The notes beneath the pieces are model-generated. The model searched no databases. It was not told the DNA's origin and saw only the letters and a list, made by a program, of their open reading frames with translations. The position numbers and the translations under genes were made by a program. A DNA stretch of 64,000 bases, from NCBI GenBank assembly GCA_044235645.1, contig JBIIHQ010000003.1, positions 320 to 64,319 on the forward strand, read 5' to 3'. Positions within the stretch are counted from its first letter, which is position 1, and every line of letters begins with the position of its first letter. The DNA comes from Bdellovibrionota bacterium (GTDB taxonomy: Bacteria; Bdellovibrionota_C; UBA2361; OMIW01). Below are positions 50,228 to 60,051 of the stretch, in pieces.

Positions 50228-50690
50228 CCGTCCCCTCAATCTGGCGAAGCAGCTCAAGAACATATATGAATTTTCCCTGAATAACCCAATCGAGTAGTAC
50301 GTTCCTCCTGAACTCATCCTCGATCCGCCGGCGATCTGCAAATATCTCACAATGATTGCCGAAATTAAGGAGAAGATCGCCGGAGGGATCATTCTGATTA
50401 TCCGTGGTATGACCGGTAGTACCTTAACAACCTTCAGGGTTAGATCTCAGCTATTGGACTGAAATGGAGCAATCTGTGCGGATCTTCCTCGCTGGCGCTC
50501 CGCATGAGAAAGGAGTCCACTGGGTAAACCACTAGGTGACAGCCCTCAATGACGTCACCCTCCACTCCGCAGCCCCCTCAACCTCCAATATCCTGGCGGC
50601 AACGAAGCTCATACAGGAAGCTGAGGAGACACGAACACGCGTTCTATCTTACAAGATAAGGGGGCTCGTCATCCCCTCGCTCCGATAGCC
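50228..50690 (+). pseudogene. Decayed, internally deleted copy of the 3' end of the 991-aa gene
   Basis: Roughly 80-85% nucleotide identity to 47500..48196 by eye. Several stop codons are present, and about 190 bp encoding the Gly-rich segment is deleted. Confidence 0.65.
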
Positions 50691-50748
50691 CTCAAATATA
50701 TTCCTCTTGATCAGGAATTTGTGGGGAATGCGAACATCATCGATTAAT

Positions 50749-52170
50749 TCAGGGGCTCTCCTGATTGGCTGAATCAAGTCCTGCGGACGTTGAGCCCTGT
50801 TCCAATTCTTCAGAGGTAATGCTTCGGAAGTGTTGCTGAAGAACGTAGTCCAACTCGAGCCCGAATGAAACCTCTGAGCATCGATAAAATACGGCGATAT
50901 CGGCCTGAAGTGCCTCTCTCAACGCCTTGCAGGTTTCAGAAAATTGGTCTGATTCGATTACATCTCGGGATAATCCGTCAAAATCATCAATTCGAGACAT
51001 GTCAATCGCCCCTTCCCGGAGAGAACAATCAAAACTTGCTTTCACCACATCAGCACCCTGACCGCTGTCCACCATCAGGACCATCAACCGCCCGAATTGC
51101 GGCACTTGACCCCCGATATAATGCCATTCGGTCAATGTGACGATCTCGTTGGTAATCGCGATTCGTTGCTCCGCCTTCAGAAGAAGATCCTCTGCTCGCT
51201 GCTCAAAGCGCGCAAGCGCCACATCAGTGGCCCTCTTGAGCTGAATCGCCATCGATTGCTGTTCAGGATTCGCAACCACCTCATCTGTCGGAGCTTTAGC
51301 AGCAGGCAAAAGGAGAGACGCGATCTCACTTCCCGCAAGCAGATGGCTCTCAATGACCTGCGGAAGCTTTTTTCTTACCTCCGCTATCTGACGTTGACGG
51401 GCATCGATAAGGGCGTCTGGCCGAAGTTGCACCTTTGGATCATCGGGGCGACCCACGCCACTATCGAGCCACGCAAAATCCTCCTCAATCATCGCTGCCG
51501 CCAACGCGCATGAAAGCGCCTCTCTGAGCGCCCGCGCCGTTTTTACCGAGGGGGCGCGCTCATGCAGCTCTTTGAGGACCTCCAACATCTCCGGGTTTGA
51601 ACCAGGCACCAGGTTATGGATCGCCCGTATATCGGGCACCGTCGAACCCCCCAAAAGTTGCTTGATATCGAGCCCCGCCGAAGAGGATGAGATGATTGGC
51701 GTACCTGTCTTACTCCTGAGTTCGGCCGGAAATGAATCGAGCAGCTCGTCATATGCAGCGCGGCCCTTCGGATCAATCAACGTATCCTTTGCCAACACCA
51801 ACACCGCCAACCTTCTCTGACCATCTTTTTCGTAATCGGTACCCTGTAATTTATTGGGGTTTACTCCTTTCACCTTCTCCCTAAACGCACTCTTAATCGC
51901 ATCCGCATCCGCATCTCGCAAAACCCCGAGAACTGCATAAAAATCAGTCACATAGTCCACTCCATGCTGAGGCTCACCCCTCCGCTCGTTTCTCGCACAT
52001 TCTTCATCTGTCGCCGACCCACTCCTCGATTCGCCAGAGGCGGGAATCGATGGAAGGTGTGCTGCTCCAAAATCCCCCTCTCGCGATGAGCCCTGAGTGT
52101 TCATTATCTCCGAAGTCATGAGATCGACTAAAACCTCTCGCGACGAGTCTTCCTGATGATGATTGTGCAT
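50749..52170 (-). CDS. J-domain-like protein with a degenerate HPD motif (NPN) and a long C-terminal domain of unknown function
   Basis: DFYAVLGVLRDADADAIKSAFREKVKGVNPNKLQG...LAVLVLAKDTLIDPKGRAAYDE follows the J-domain helix II-III pattern, but HPD is replaced by NPN. Confidence 0.45.
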   Translation of the reverse strand: MHNHHQEDSSREVLVDLMTSEIMNTQGSSREGDFGAAHLPSIPASGESRSGSATDEECARNERRGEPQHGVDYVTDFYAVLGVLRDADADAIKSAFREKVKGVNPNKLQGTDYEKDGQRRLAVLVLAKDTLIDPKGRAAYDELLDSFPAELRSKTGTPIISSSSAGLDIKQLLGGSTVPDIRAIHNLVPGSNPEMLEVLKELHERAPSVKTARALREALSCALAAAMIEEDFAWLDSGVGRPDDPKVQLRPDALIDARQRQIAEVRKKLPQVIESHLLAGSEIASLLLPAAKAPTDEVVANPEQQSMAIQLKRATDVALARFEQRAEDLLLKAEQRIAITNEIVTLTEWHYIGGQVPQFGRLMVLMVDSGQGADVVKASFDCSLREGAIDMSRIDDFDGLSRDVIESDQFSETCKALREALQADIAVFYRCSEVSFGLELDYVLQQHFRSITSEELEQGSTSAGLDSANQESP

Positions 52171-52207
52171 GGACCTTCCTCCGTTTTGACCCCGAAAATT
52201 AGTCTAT

Positions 52208-53866
52208 TTATCCCCCAACCCACCCCCGAGCATCGGCAATAATCCGCTCAAGATGCGCCTCACTCTCAAAACTCTCAGCGTATATCTTGTAGATATCTTC
52301 TGTCCCCGAGGGGCGGGCCGCAAACCAGCCGTTTGGGGATTCGAGCTTAAAACCGCCAATACTCTCGCCGTTGCCAGGGGCTTTAATTACGATACGACTC
52401 GCGGGGGCGCCAGCGACGGTTGCGGCGCCTAGCGATGCCTCGGTAATCTGTGCGAACCAGCGGCGCGCCTCGGGACCGCACGGCTGATCAACGCGGCGAT
52501 ACCACAGCGGTCCATGAGTTGCCAGGATCTCGCTGAGCAGCTCATCCGGTCCGTGCCCCGTAACCGCCTTCATTTCAGCCGCGAGCAGCCCCATGATGAT
52601 CCCATCCTTATCGGTGGACCACGGAGTTCCATCACGACATAAAAAGCTCGCCCCCGCGCTCTCTTCTCCCCCGAAGCCGAGCGTTCCATCAAAGAGCCCT
52701 GCCACAAACCACTTAAAACCGACCGGCACCTCGTACAACGAGGCCCCGACCGATGCAGCAACGCGATCTACCAACGAACTACTCACCACCGTTTTACCAA
52801 CGGCTAATCCTTTCGCCCATGCGGGTCGGTGGCGAAACAGATACGAGATCGCTACCGCCAGAAAGCGGTTCGGCTCAACAAGCCCCGCACTGCCGGCGAT
52901 GATACCGTGACGATCGGCATCAGGATCATTGGCACACGCCAGGTCGTATCCCGCCACCCGCTCAACCAACGGGCCCATCACATCACGACTCGAGCAGTCC
53001 ATCCGAATCTTGCCGTCGTGATCGAGCGCCATGAACGAAAATTGCGGATTAACGGCTCGATTAACCACCATGAGGTCGAGCCCCCAGCGCGATGCAATCC
53101 GATCCCAGTACTCAAGCGACGCCCCCCCCAGCGGATCCACCGCGATACGAACACCGGCACGCGCGATGGCCTCGATACCGACCACCCGATCGAGTGCCTC
53201 AACATACGGTTCAACGAGATCACGACAGTGAAGCAACCGATGCCCTATCGTCTCAGAGAGCGGAATGGATCGAATCGCCCGTGAGTCATCTGTGAGAAGC
53301 TGATTTGCCCGTTTCTGAATCCACCCCGTCACTGGAGTCTCGGCGGGGCCACCATGAGGAGGATTGTATTTACACCCGCCATCCTCCGGTGGGTTATGCG
53401 AAGGAGTAAGAACAATCCCATCCGCTTGTTCACTCGGTGCCCGCGCCCCTCCCAAACGCCCATCCCGATTGTACGCGAGAATCGCCCGCGAAATGCTCGG
53501 AGTCGGGGTATAACCACCATCTTCCTGAATAATCGTCTCGACTCCATTTGCGAGCAACACCGCAATGACCGAGTCCTGCGCCTGATCCGAGAGCGCGTGC
53601 GTATCTTTACCGACAAAAAGGGGGCCTTCGATTCCCGCGTGCACCCGGTAATCGCAGATCGCTTGGGCTATCGCCATCACGTGAGATTCGGTGAAAGTGC
53701 CCGCCAACGAGGTGCCCCGATGCCCGCTTGTTCCGAAAGATACCGGTGCCGATGGTGCTGGTGCATCGTGATATGCGCGCCGAGCAGCCCCAACATCCAT
53801 CAACAAAGATTCTGGCGCCTGCTTCCCGGCGAGTGGATGTTTTCCCATATGCAAAGCACCTAACAT
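52208..53866 (-). CDS. pgm: Phosphoglucomutase (alpha-D-glucose-phosphate specific)
   Basis: FGTSGHRG and TPSHNPPEDGG mark the phosphoserine-loop and metal-binding motifs. Length is about 550 aa. Confidence 0.85.
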   Translation of the reverse strand: MLGALHMGKHPLAGKQAPESLLMDVGAARRAYHDAPAPSAPVSFGTSGHRGTSLAGTFTESHVMAIAQAICDYRVHAGIEGPLFVGKDTHALSDQAQDSVIAVLLANGVETIIQEDGGYTPTPSISRAILAYNRDGRLGGARAPSEQADGIVLTPSHNPPEDGGCKYNPPHGGPAETPVTGWIQKRANQLLTDDSRAIRSIPLSETIGHRLLHCRDLVEPYVEALDRVVGIEAIARAGVRIAVDPLGGASLEYWDRIASRWGLDLMVVNRAVNPQFSFMALDHDGKIRMDCSSRDVMGPLVERVAGYDLACANDPDADRHGIIAGSAGLVEPNRFLAVAISYLFRHRPAWAKGLAVGKTVVSSSLVDRVAASVGASLYEVPVGFKWFVAGLFDGTLGFGGEESAGASFLCRDGTPWSTDKDGIIMGLLAAEMKAVTGHGPDELLSEILATHGPLWYRRVDQPCGPEARRWFAQITEASLGAATVAGAPASRIVIKAPGNGESIGGFKLESPNGWFAARPSGTEDIYKIYAESFESEAHLERIIADARGWVGG

Positions 53867-53905
53867 GTTTTCAATTAAACAACTGCCATCACTCTCGTAA
53901 TCCGG

Positions 53906-55333
53906 TTACGAATCCTCCGCCAGGCCCCGAAACAACTGCACTGCGTAGCCCTTCGCCTCGGCATGGTCGACGATAAGGCCCGGATAGCCTCGCGGACGGG
54001 AAGCACCTTGGTCTTCCAACCGATGAATCGCGGCCGCTGACCAGCCCGAGAACTCAGGCACCCACCGTTTGATGTAAACCGCCTCATTGTCAAATTTCCT
54101 CTGCTGCAGCCACGGATTGAATATCCGAAAGTACGGCTGTGCATCGCACCCAGTAGAGGCCGCCCACTGCCAACTCCCATTATTAACTGCTGGATCGTAT
54201 TCCGTCAGGTGCTGTGCGAACACCGCCTCCCCCATCCGCCACGACTGATGCAGATCTTTCGTCAAAAAGGAGGCAACAATCATTCTCACTCGATTGTGCA
54301 TATAGCCAGTCGCCTGAAGCTCTCGCATCCCGGCATCGACGATCGGATATCCGGTCATCCCTGCAGACCACCGTGCCACCTTTTCGCTATCCTCCTCCCA
54401 CGGAATCCGATCGAATCGTCGATGAAACGATCCCGAGAAGACGTGGGGAAAGTGCCACGCGATGTGGGTGAAAAAATCCCGCCAAAACAGCTCTCGAATA
54501 AACGGGTGTTCAATCCCAAGCGAATCAGCCGCGGTCCAATACACTTCGCGGATAGAGACGGTACCAAACTTATTATGAGGCGAGAGGATCGAGGTCTTAT
54601 CAAGAGCCGGAAGATCGCGGACGGTGGCATAATCTGAAAAGAGCGGCACCCGTGCCAGCGTTGCGACTGCTGCACGTCGGCCCCCTAAACTTCGCCGCTG
54701 CGGCGCGCCACCCCCCACTTCCCGCACCAGCTCGCAATACCGCTCGGGTGACGTCGTGGCAAACTGCCCTGCCGCCACTCCTTCTGCAAGCACCCCATCG
54801 GGCACCCGCCCCCATGGGCATCCCGCCTCAAAAGGAACCGCCCGCCGCACTTCCTCCCGCACCGCTCGCTTGTAAAACGGCGTAAATACCGTGTATGGCG
54901 TGCGGTCAGGCTTCGCAAAAACGCTCGGTTCAACAAGGAGTGCATCAGAGAAGCTATGAAACCCTATCCCCGCCGCCTCGCAGCTTGCCGCTATCTGCCG
55001 ATCTCGCTCGCGACTATACGGAGTGTAGTCTTTATTCACATATACCCCATCAATCACCCCCCGCTCCGCAAGAGCAGCCACCACCTCATGCGGTTCCCCA
55101 TGAAACAGATGCAACCATCCCCCATCGCGTGCGATTTGCTCCCTCAGCTCCGAAAGCGACTCAAGCATGAACGCAAGCCCATTCACCGAACGGAATCGAT
55201 GCGGCACGGTTTGCGCATCGGTGAAGACAAAGCACGGAATGATAGAGCGAGATCGAGAACGAGCCGCGAGTAGCGCGGTATTGTCATCAAGGCGGAGGTC
55301 TCGGCGAAAAATGAGGAGGGAGCTGGGGGTCAT
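53906..55333 (-). CDS. phrB: Deoxyribodipyrimidine photolyase
   Basis: An N-terminal alpha/beta domain (LLIFRRDLRLDDNTAL) is followed by a full FAD-binding domain. Confidence 0.9.
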   Translation of the reverse strand: MTPSSLLIFRRDLRLDDNTALLAARSRSRSIIPCFVFTDAQTVPHRFRSVNGLAFMLESLSELREQIARDGGWLHLFHGEPHEVVAALAERGVIDGVYVNKDYTPYSRERDRQIAASCEAAGIGFHSFSDALLVEPSVFAKPDRTPYTVFTPFYKRAVREEVRRAVPFEAGCPWGRVPDGVLAEGVAAGQFATTSPERYCELVREVGGGAPQRRSLGGRRAAVATLARVPLFSDYATVRDLPALDKTSILSPHNKFGTVSIREVYWTAADSLGIEHPFIRELFWRDFFTHIAWHFPHVFSGSFHRRFDRIPWEEDSEKVARWSAGMTGYPIVDAGMRELQATGYMHNRVRMIVASFLTKDLHQSWRMGEAVFAQHLTEYDPAVNNGSWQWAASTGCDAQPYFRIFNPWLQQRKFDNEAVYIKRWVPEFSGWSAAAIHRLEDQGASRPRGYPGLIVDHAEAKGYAVQLFRGLAEDS

Positions 55334-55753
55334 GGGAAAGTGAGAGGACGAGAGGGAGCGTGCGTAGTGAGCTCCCAGACTACTTGAGTTCCGAGGGCCT
55401 GGGTAGAGATGAAGGAGTCGAATAACCCGCTCATCACCGGCGTAACACGCCGCCGGTAGATTTCCTCAGACCAAAGCCCCAGTTCTTTGAGTCGAAAGAG
55501 AAAGAAGGTCCGACTCCCAAGCAGGGTGTCCGAAAGATAACCCCCACCGGGCCCCGTACCTCTCCGCCTCTGAGCAGGAGAGGACGAAGCCCGACCCCGA
55601 CGCTATCCTGCTTCGAGAAGGCGAAGACGGGTTGAAGACACTCCGATGCTGATCCTTTAATCCATTAGATGGACGGGGGCGCCTTGACTAAGGGGCCGGA
55701 TAATGAGATTTTGTTTGCAAATTTTTTTTGGGTAGAAGACTTTTTGGCGATGA

Positions 55754-56503
55754 ATGTCAAGGAGCAGCTCACATTCGAGGAGCGCTTCGGGCATTTGTCT
55801 TAAAGGTTTGAAAAAAACTATTCGCCCGCGCGCCATCCGCAGAGCCAAAGTGCTCACCGCATTGGCCGTCTCCAGCGCTCTCGCCGCACCTCTTGCAGGG
55901 TGTTACTCTGAGGGGGACATTATGGGACCAGTTCCTCAAGTTACCCCCGATGAGAGAACCGCGAACTCAACGACCAAAGCGGTTTTCTTCCGTACCGCGG
56001 AGGAATGTCGCACTAACCTGGCGGAAAGGGAAAAGCGTGGCTTGCCACGGCTTTCCATCTCGCCCGATGATTGCGAGGCACAGTTGTTCGCGGCTCAAAA
56101 AGAGTACGGTGCGACCGTCCCCATCTTCAACTCCGCACAGGATTGTCAGCGGGACAAGGTGAAGTGCGAGCCCACCGAGGGAGGATACCGTCCAATCTTC
56201 GGGGGTGCGTACATTTACCCTAGCACGGGTCACTACCTTCCCATCTTCATGGGGGGTACCGAGAGACGGGTTTATGTGCCGTCGACCGTTTACTCGGGAG
56301 CTCGGCCAGGGCAATACGTGACGCCATATGGGCGCTCGATCACCCAGCACTACGTCGGTAGTGTTGAGGTCCCGAGACATACCCAGTTTACGGCACCAGC
56401 GCGTCCAGCGGCGGTGCAGGGAACCGGCTTTATATCGGGCCGAGGTCAGTCGGGCTTTGGTTCTACGTATAAGGCCACGGGTCGCGGTGGATTCGGTAAA
56501 TGA
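55754..56503 (+). CDS. DUF1190 (YgiB-like) lipoprotein
   Basis: The signal peptide has a lipobox (LAAPLAGC). A TTG start at about 55811 is likely. The gene is paired with a ygiC-like gene, as in the enterobacterial ygiB-ygiC arrangement. Confidence 0.6.
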   Translation: MSRSSSHSRSASGICLKGLKKTIRPRAIRRAKVLTALAVSSALAAPLAGCYSEGDIMGPVPQVTPDERTANSTTKAVFFRTAEECRTNLAEREKRGLPRLSISPDDCEAQLFAAQKEYGATVPIFNSAQDCQRDKVKCEPTEGGYRPIFGGAYIYPSTGHYLPIFMGGTERRVYVPSTVYSGARPGQYVTPYGRSITQHYVGSVEVPRHTQFTAPARPAAVQGTGFISGRGQSGFGSTYKATGRGGFGK

Positions 56504-56703
56504 GCACTCCAGAGGCTGAGCCGAAGTAGTGCTTGACCCTGAGGCCTCTCCCTCGAGAGGCCTCTTCCCCATATCTGCCCGAGGCCTTGCGCGAACACCT
56601 TATCATGCGATTAGTTCTATTGGTTACACCACGGGTAAGAGCGGTCACTAGAGGTGGCAAGGGGAATTTTCGGAACTCCCTGTAGTGACCGCTCGTACCA
56701 ACA

Positions 56704-58044
56704 ATGCGCGCAATTCCGTTTAAAGCTCGCCGCCATTGGCAACGCCATGTGATGGACAATGCCTACCAGGCAGAGGTCCTCGCAGACAAATCCCAGCAGT
56801 ACTGGGTTGAGGCACTGGCGAATCCGTTCTACGTTCAGTTTTCCTCCGATGAGGAACAAAAAATCGCCGATGCGACTGAAGCACTCGGCGCCATGTGTCA
56901 GGAGTTTCTTGACTGGTTCTTCTCGGAGGAAAATCCAGGCGAGGTCGATGCTCGCTTGCGAGCACTTGGCATCAAACCGGCTTATTGGGAGGCCATAAAA
57001 GCATCCTGGGATCGGACGGAACCGGAGGATCTCTCCCTCTATGTGAGGTTCGACCTTGCTGTTCCTGAGTTTGACGGTCCACCGAAGCTGCTGGAAATAA
57101 ACGGAGAAACGCCCCTTCTTGGGTGTGAGACCGTGTACCAGTGGAATTGGTTAGCTGACATGCTAAGTCACCAAGCCAGAGACCTGCCACCGGGGGCCTC
57201 TCAGGCCAACGATTTCTGGGACCTGGTTTGCGCTCAGCTGGACGCAATCATGAGGACCTATGGGTCCGAGGGTAAGATCTTCTCCTTTCTCGTTGATGAG
57301 AAACTCAATGAGGACATCGAGATGGCCGCCCAACTCATACAGATGATTGAAGACTCGATCGGGCAATACTGTCAGATCGTCTTTCTTCGAGATCAGCATG
57401 ATGAGCAAGGTAACGTTCAGCAACGTGGGATTGGAATGGATGACGAGGGATACCTCGTGGACCATACGAATCACCGGATGCCCTTCATATGGAAGGTGTA
57501 TGACTGGAGCGACCTCCAGAACGACGTGGAGGCGATGGGAAAGACTGACCTGTTCGCCCGAAGGCTCGAAACAGGAGAGGTCAAAATCCTTGAGCCGCTC
57601 TGGAAGCAAGTGCTCTCGAACAAGGGATCGCTGGCTTTCATTTGGGCACAGTTCAAGGATCATCCCGTTTACGGCCAGTATCTTCTCGAGACTCACTTCG
57701 AAGCAGGGGTGGGAGCCGAGGTTACCAAACTGCTGTGCAAACAGCATGTTAGGAAGCCCTTTCTCGGCCTCGAGGGCGTTGCGACGACCATCTCCGATGG
57801 AAGTCTCATGCTGGAGGCGCGTGAAAGCTTCGGCTACGGCGAGGAAGGATTCGTAATCCAGGAGTATACCCCGCTCCCAACAGCCTTCGATTACTACTAC
57901 ATGGTGGGATCGTGGTTGGTGGGAGGGCTTGAAGATGGTAAGCCGGCTGGCTTCATTATCCGGGGCGACAAGTCTCAGATTACGGGCCGCCACTGCCTCA
58001 TCATTCCCCACGTGGTGAGCGACCGTCTGGTTGCTGGTTACTAA
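56704..58044 (+). CDS. Glutathionylspermidine-synthase-family ATP-grasp protein (YgiC/YjfC-like)
   Basis: 446 aa, and the N-terminus is typical of the YgiC family. It lies downstream of the DUF1190 gene. Confidence 0.75.
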   Translation: MRAIPFKARRHWQRHVMDNAYQAEVLADKSQQYWVEALANPFYVQFSSDEEQKIADATEALGAMCQEFLDWFFSEENPGEVDARLRALGIKPAYWEAIKASWDRTEPEDLSLYVRFDLAVPEFDGPPKLLEINGETPLLGCETVYQWNWLADMLSHQARDLPPGASQANDFWDLVCAQLDAIMRTYGSEGKIFSFLVDEKLNEDIEMAAQLIQMIEDSIGQYCQIVFLRDQHDEQGNVQQRGIGMDDEGYLVDHTNHRMPFIWKVYDWSDLQNDVEAMGKTDLFARRLETGEVKILEPLWKQVLSNKGSLAFIWAQFKDHPVYGQYLLETHFEAGVGAEVTKLLCKQHVRKPFLGLEGVATTISDGSLMLEARESFGYGEEGFVIQEYTPLPTAFDYYYMVGSWLVGGLEDGKPAGFIIRGDKSQITGRHCLIIPHVVSDRLVAGY

Positions 58045-58065
58045 TCGGTTACGGCCAGGCAAAGC

Positions 58066-58106
58066 GAGAGCGTCGGCGGTTTCATCCGACGACGCTCTCT
58101 ATGTTT
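58066..58106 (+). terminator. Possible intrinsic terminator after the ygiC-like gene
   Basis: 10-bp stem gagagcgtcg/cgacgctctc with a weak T-rich tail. Confidence 0.3.
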
Positions 58107-58164
58107 CCCGAGACTTGTAGAAACGGGAGGCGCAAGACTGGTCGGATTCCCCTAACTATGACAG

Positions 58165-59145
58165 ATGCCTGAAGCGTTCCATTTGACGAATCGGAAGAAC
58201 TTCGTCACGAAGGCGATCGTCCGAGCATATCATTCATCGCCACGAATAGAGGTTAAAACGGTTCACCGCGAAATTCCTCCAAGAAATGGGGGGCATTTCG
58301 CGATGAACCAAAAGGTTATGAAATTCGCCCAAAGGTGCTGGAAGCTCCCAATTTCACCTGATTTTCAGGTGTCCAATGAGTGGATAACCGGTCTCCCCTC
58401 GGGAGTCCATCCAAATTTCCTCGCTCTCCTCGCGAGGGATGTCTGGTCGGAAGGGGACAGTCAGCCCCTCTATGATTACATCCAGTCTCGGAAAGGAGAA
58501 ATGTCAGCAGACTTTCTCTCCATGATGGAGCTATGGCTTCAGGATGAACAGAAGCATTACGAGGCGATGCGTCGGTGCTTCCATGCAATCAGTGGCATCG
58601 GCTACGATGAGATGGACGACTTCTTTCTTGGACGATCCCATGAGCTCGAACCGATCAAGCCCGTTTTGAAGGATGAGTTCACCATTTTGGTGGCCTTAGC
58701 CTTCGACGAGCTGGGCTCAACAATGTCCTATCGTCGGGACGTTGACGAGTATTATCGGTATTATCCCCCTGGGATAGCGGCAATTGGTCGCCACCTGTAT
58801 GCCGATGAAGGTGTGCATTTTGGCAATGCCATTGCTCTCCTTAAGCGTCATCATCAAAGCCGGCTCGGCGAGGTGGAGTCAACGCTGAAGGAAATTATCC
58901 GACTCGAGGCCGAATTGGGCAGGTACACCAAGACTTTCTTCTTGGATCATGCGCAGGAGGTAAACCGATTTCCGCCCTTCTTTAATGAGCGGATCTCGGC
59001 GAAGATCCTCGGTTGCCTCGGTGTGGCCGCTCACCCTGCGAAGATGAGCGACCTCTGGAAGTGGCGTCCTAAAGGTTGTGAGCGGGTCCCGATTGCCATG
59101 GACCCAACGTGGAGCCAACGACTCGTCTCACCGTTAGCTCTGTAA
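58165..59145 (+). CDS. Hypothetical protein (326 aa, helical; possibly ferritin-like)
   Basis: Clean ORF followed 20 nt downstream by a strong terminator. No domain recognised with confidence. Confidence 0.45.
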   Translation: MPEAFHLTNRKNFVTKAIVRAYHSSPRIEVKTVHREIPPRNGGHFAMNQKVMKFAQRCWKLPISPDFQVSNEWITGLPSGVHPNFLALLARDVWSEGDSQPLYDYIQSRKGEMSADFLSMMELWLQDEQKHYEAMRRCFHAISGIGYDEMDDFFLGRSHELEPIKPVLKDEFTILVALAFDELGSTMSYRRDVDEYYRYYPPGIAAIGRHLYADEGVHFGNAIALLKRHHQSRLGEVESTLKEIIRLEAELGRYTKTFFLDHAQEVNRFPPFFNERISAKILGCLGVAAHPAKMSDLWKWRPKGCERVPIAMDPTWSQRLVSPLAL

Positions 59146-59164
59146 CACCTCGAACGAGTGTGTT

Positions 59165-59202
59165 CTGCTGCGAGGCTCACTCCTCGCAGCAGTCCTTTTT
59201 TT
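59165..59202 (+). terminator. Intrinsic terminator (11-bp stem, U7 tract)
   Basis: The sequence ctgctgcgagg / ctcact / cctcgcagcag is followed by tccttttttta. Confidence 0.75.
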
Positions 59203-59222
59203 AGACCACGGGGCTCACCTTT

Positions 59223-59978
59223 GTGAGAATATCGCTCCGTACGGTCTGTAAAAATCCGCCTCTTCATCCTTACAGATTCTCGAAAAACAGATCAGAACAG
59301 AAAACCTATCAGTTCCCCGACACCCCAAGAGTGAGGACCATCTTGTTCGGTTACCCATTGAGGATAATCAAATTGGCTGCCATCACACACGAGCTGCCCC
59401 GCAACCGACTCAAGCATAAACGCAAACCCATTTACCTATCAGAATCTTGGGATACCCAAAAAGGGGCGCGCGGTGCGGTTAGTGACGAACCGTCACGCTG
59501 GGTACCAGAATGGGGATTTCTCTTAATTGGGGCTACATCGGCAAAACGACCCATTCAATTGCCAGGTCTCTACGCCTGTCTATTATGTCTTTTAATCTCT
59601 GCGCTCGGTATTCGTATTCCTGCACCTACCCTCAGCACCCTCAAATCAGCCTACGTTGTTCTTGGCATGATGATGCTCGGGCTCGTACTTTCTCAGCGAC
59701 GACTATCCCTCAATCTCCCCTTTATCTGCGGAGAACTTTTCATTCGTTTTGGTGCCTGGTTTGGAGCGACCTGGATCTTGCTCGCTATCGATTGGGCAAC
59801 CCTCGGAGCCCTTGCGCCCCCGATATCGCAATCAATCTTGTGGATGATGGGATTTCGGCCGATAGGAGCAAATCTTATCGCCTATGCCGTTGATGCCGAG
59901 GCATCGCCCGAACAGATAGCACCGGCAGTTGTGTTGTCGACGCTTCTATCACCCCTCCTGTTGGCGTGGGCGTTCTGA
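59223..59978 (+). CDS. Membrane protein, possibly a truncated auxin-efflux-carrier (AEC)-like transporter
   Basis: Only the C-terminal part of about 150 aa is hydrophobic and transporter-like. The N-terminal part of the ORF looks non-coding. Confidence 0.3.
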   Translation: MRISLRTVCKNPPLHPYRFSKNRSEQKTYQFPDTPRVRTILFGYPLRIIKLAAITHELPRNRLKHKRKPIYLSESWDTQKGARGAVSDEPSRWVPEWGFLLIGATSAKRPIQLPGLYACLLCLLISALGIRIPAPTLSTLKSAYVVLGMMMLGLVLSQRRLSLNLPFICGELFIRFGAWFGATWILLAIDWATLGALAPPISQSILWMMGFRPIGANLIAYAVDAEASPEQIAPAVVLSTLLSPLLLAWAF

Positions 59979-60051
59979 TACGCTTTTGACGAATACCCCT
60001 CTCATCCGCATCAACGGCATCCCCTACCAAGCGCACTCGCAAAATTTCTTC

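Noticed and set aside
47500-50690. Possible diversity-generating retroelement, with the variable region at the 3' end of the 991-aa gene and a template repeat 2 kb downstream
   Set aside because: Mismatches between the two copies are not adenine-specific. All substitution types occur, along with a large internal deletion. No reverse transcriptase gene is nearby; the intervening gene is an HUH transposase. Diverged paralog or pseudogene is the simpler explanation.
55340-55753. Possible riboswitch or structured RNA in the 420-bp phrB / DUF1190 intergenic region
   Set aside because: I could not match any riboswitch consensus (B12, TPP, SAM or glycine boxes) by eye. It is kept only as an ordinary divergent promoter region.
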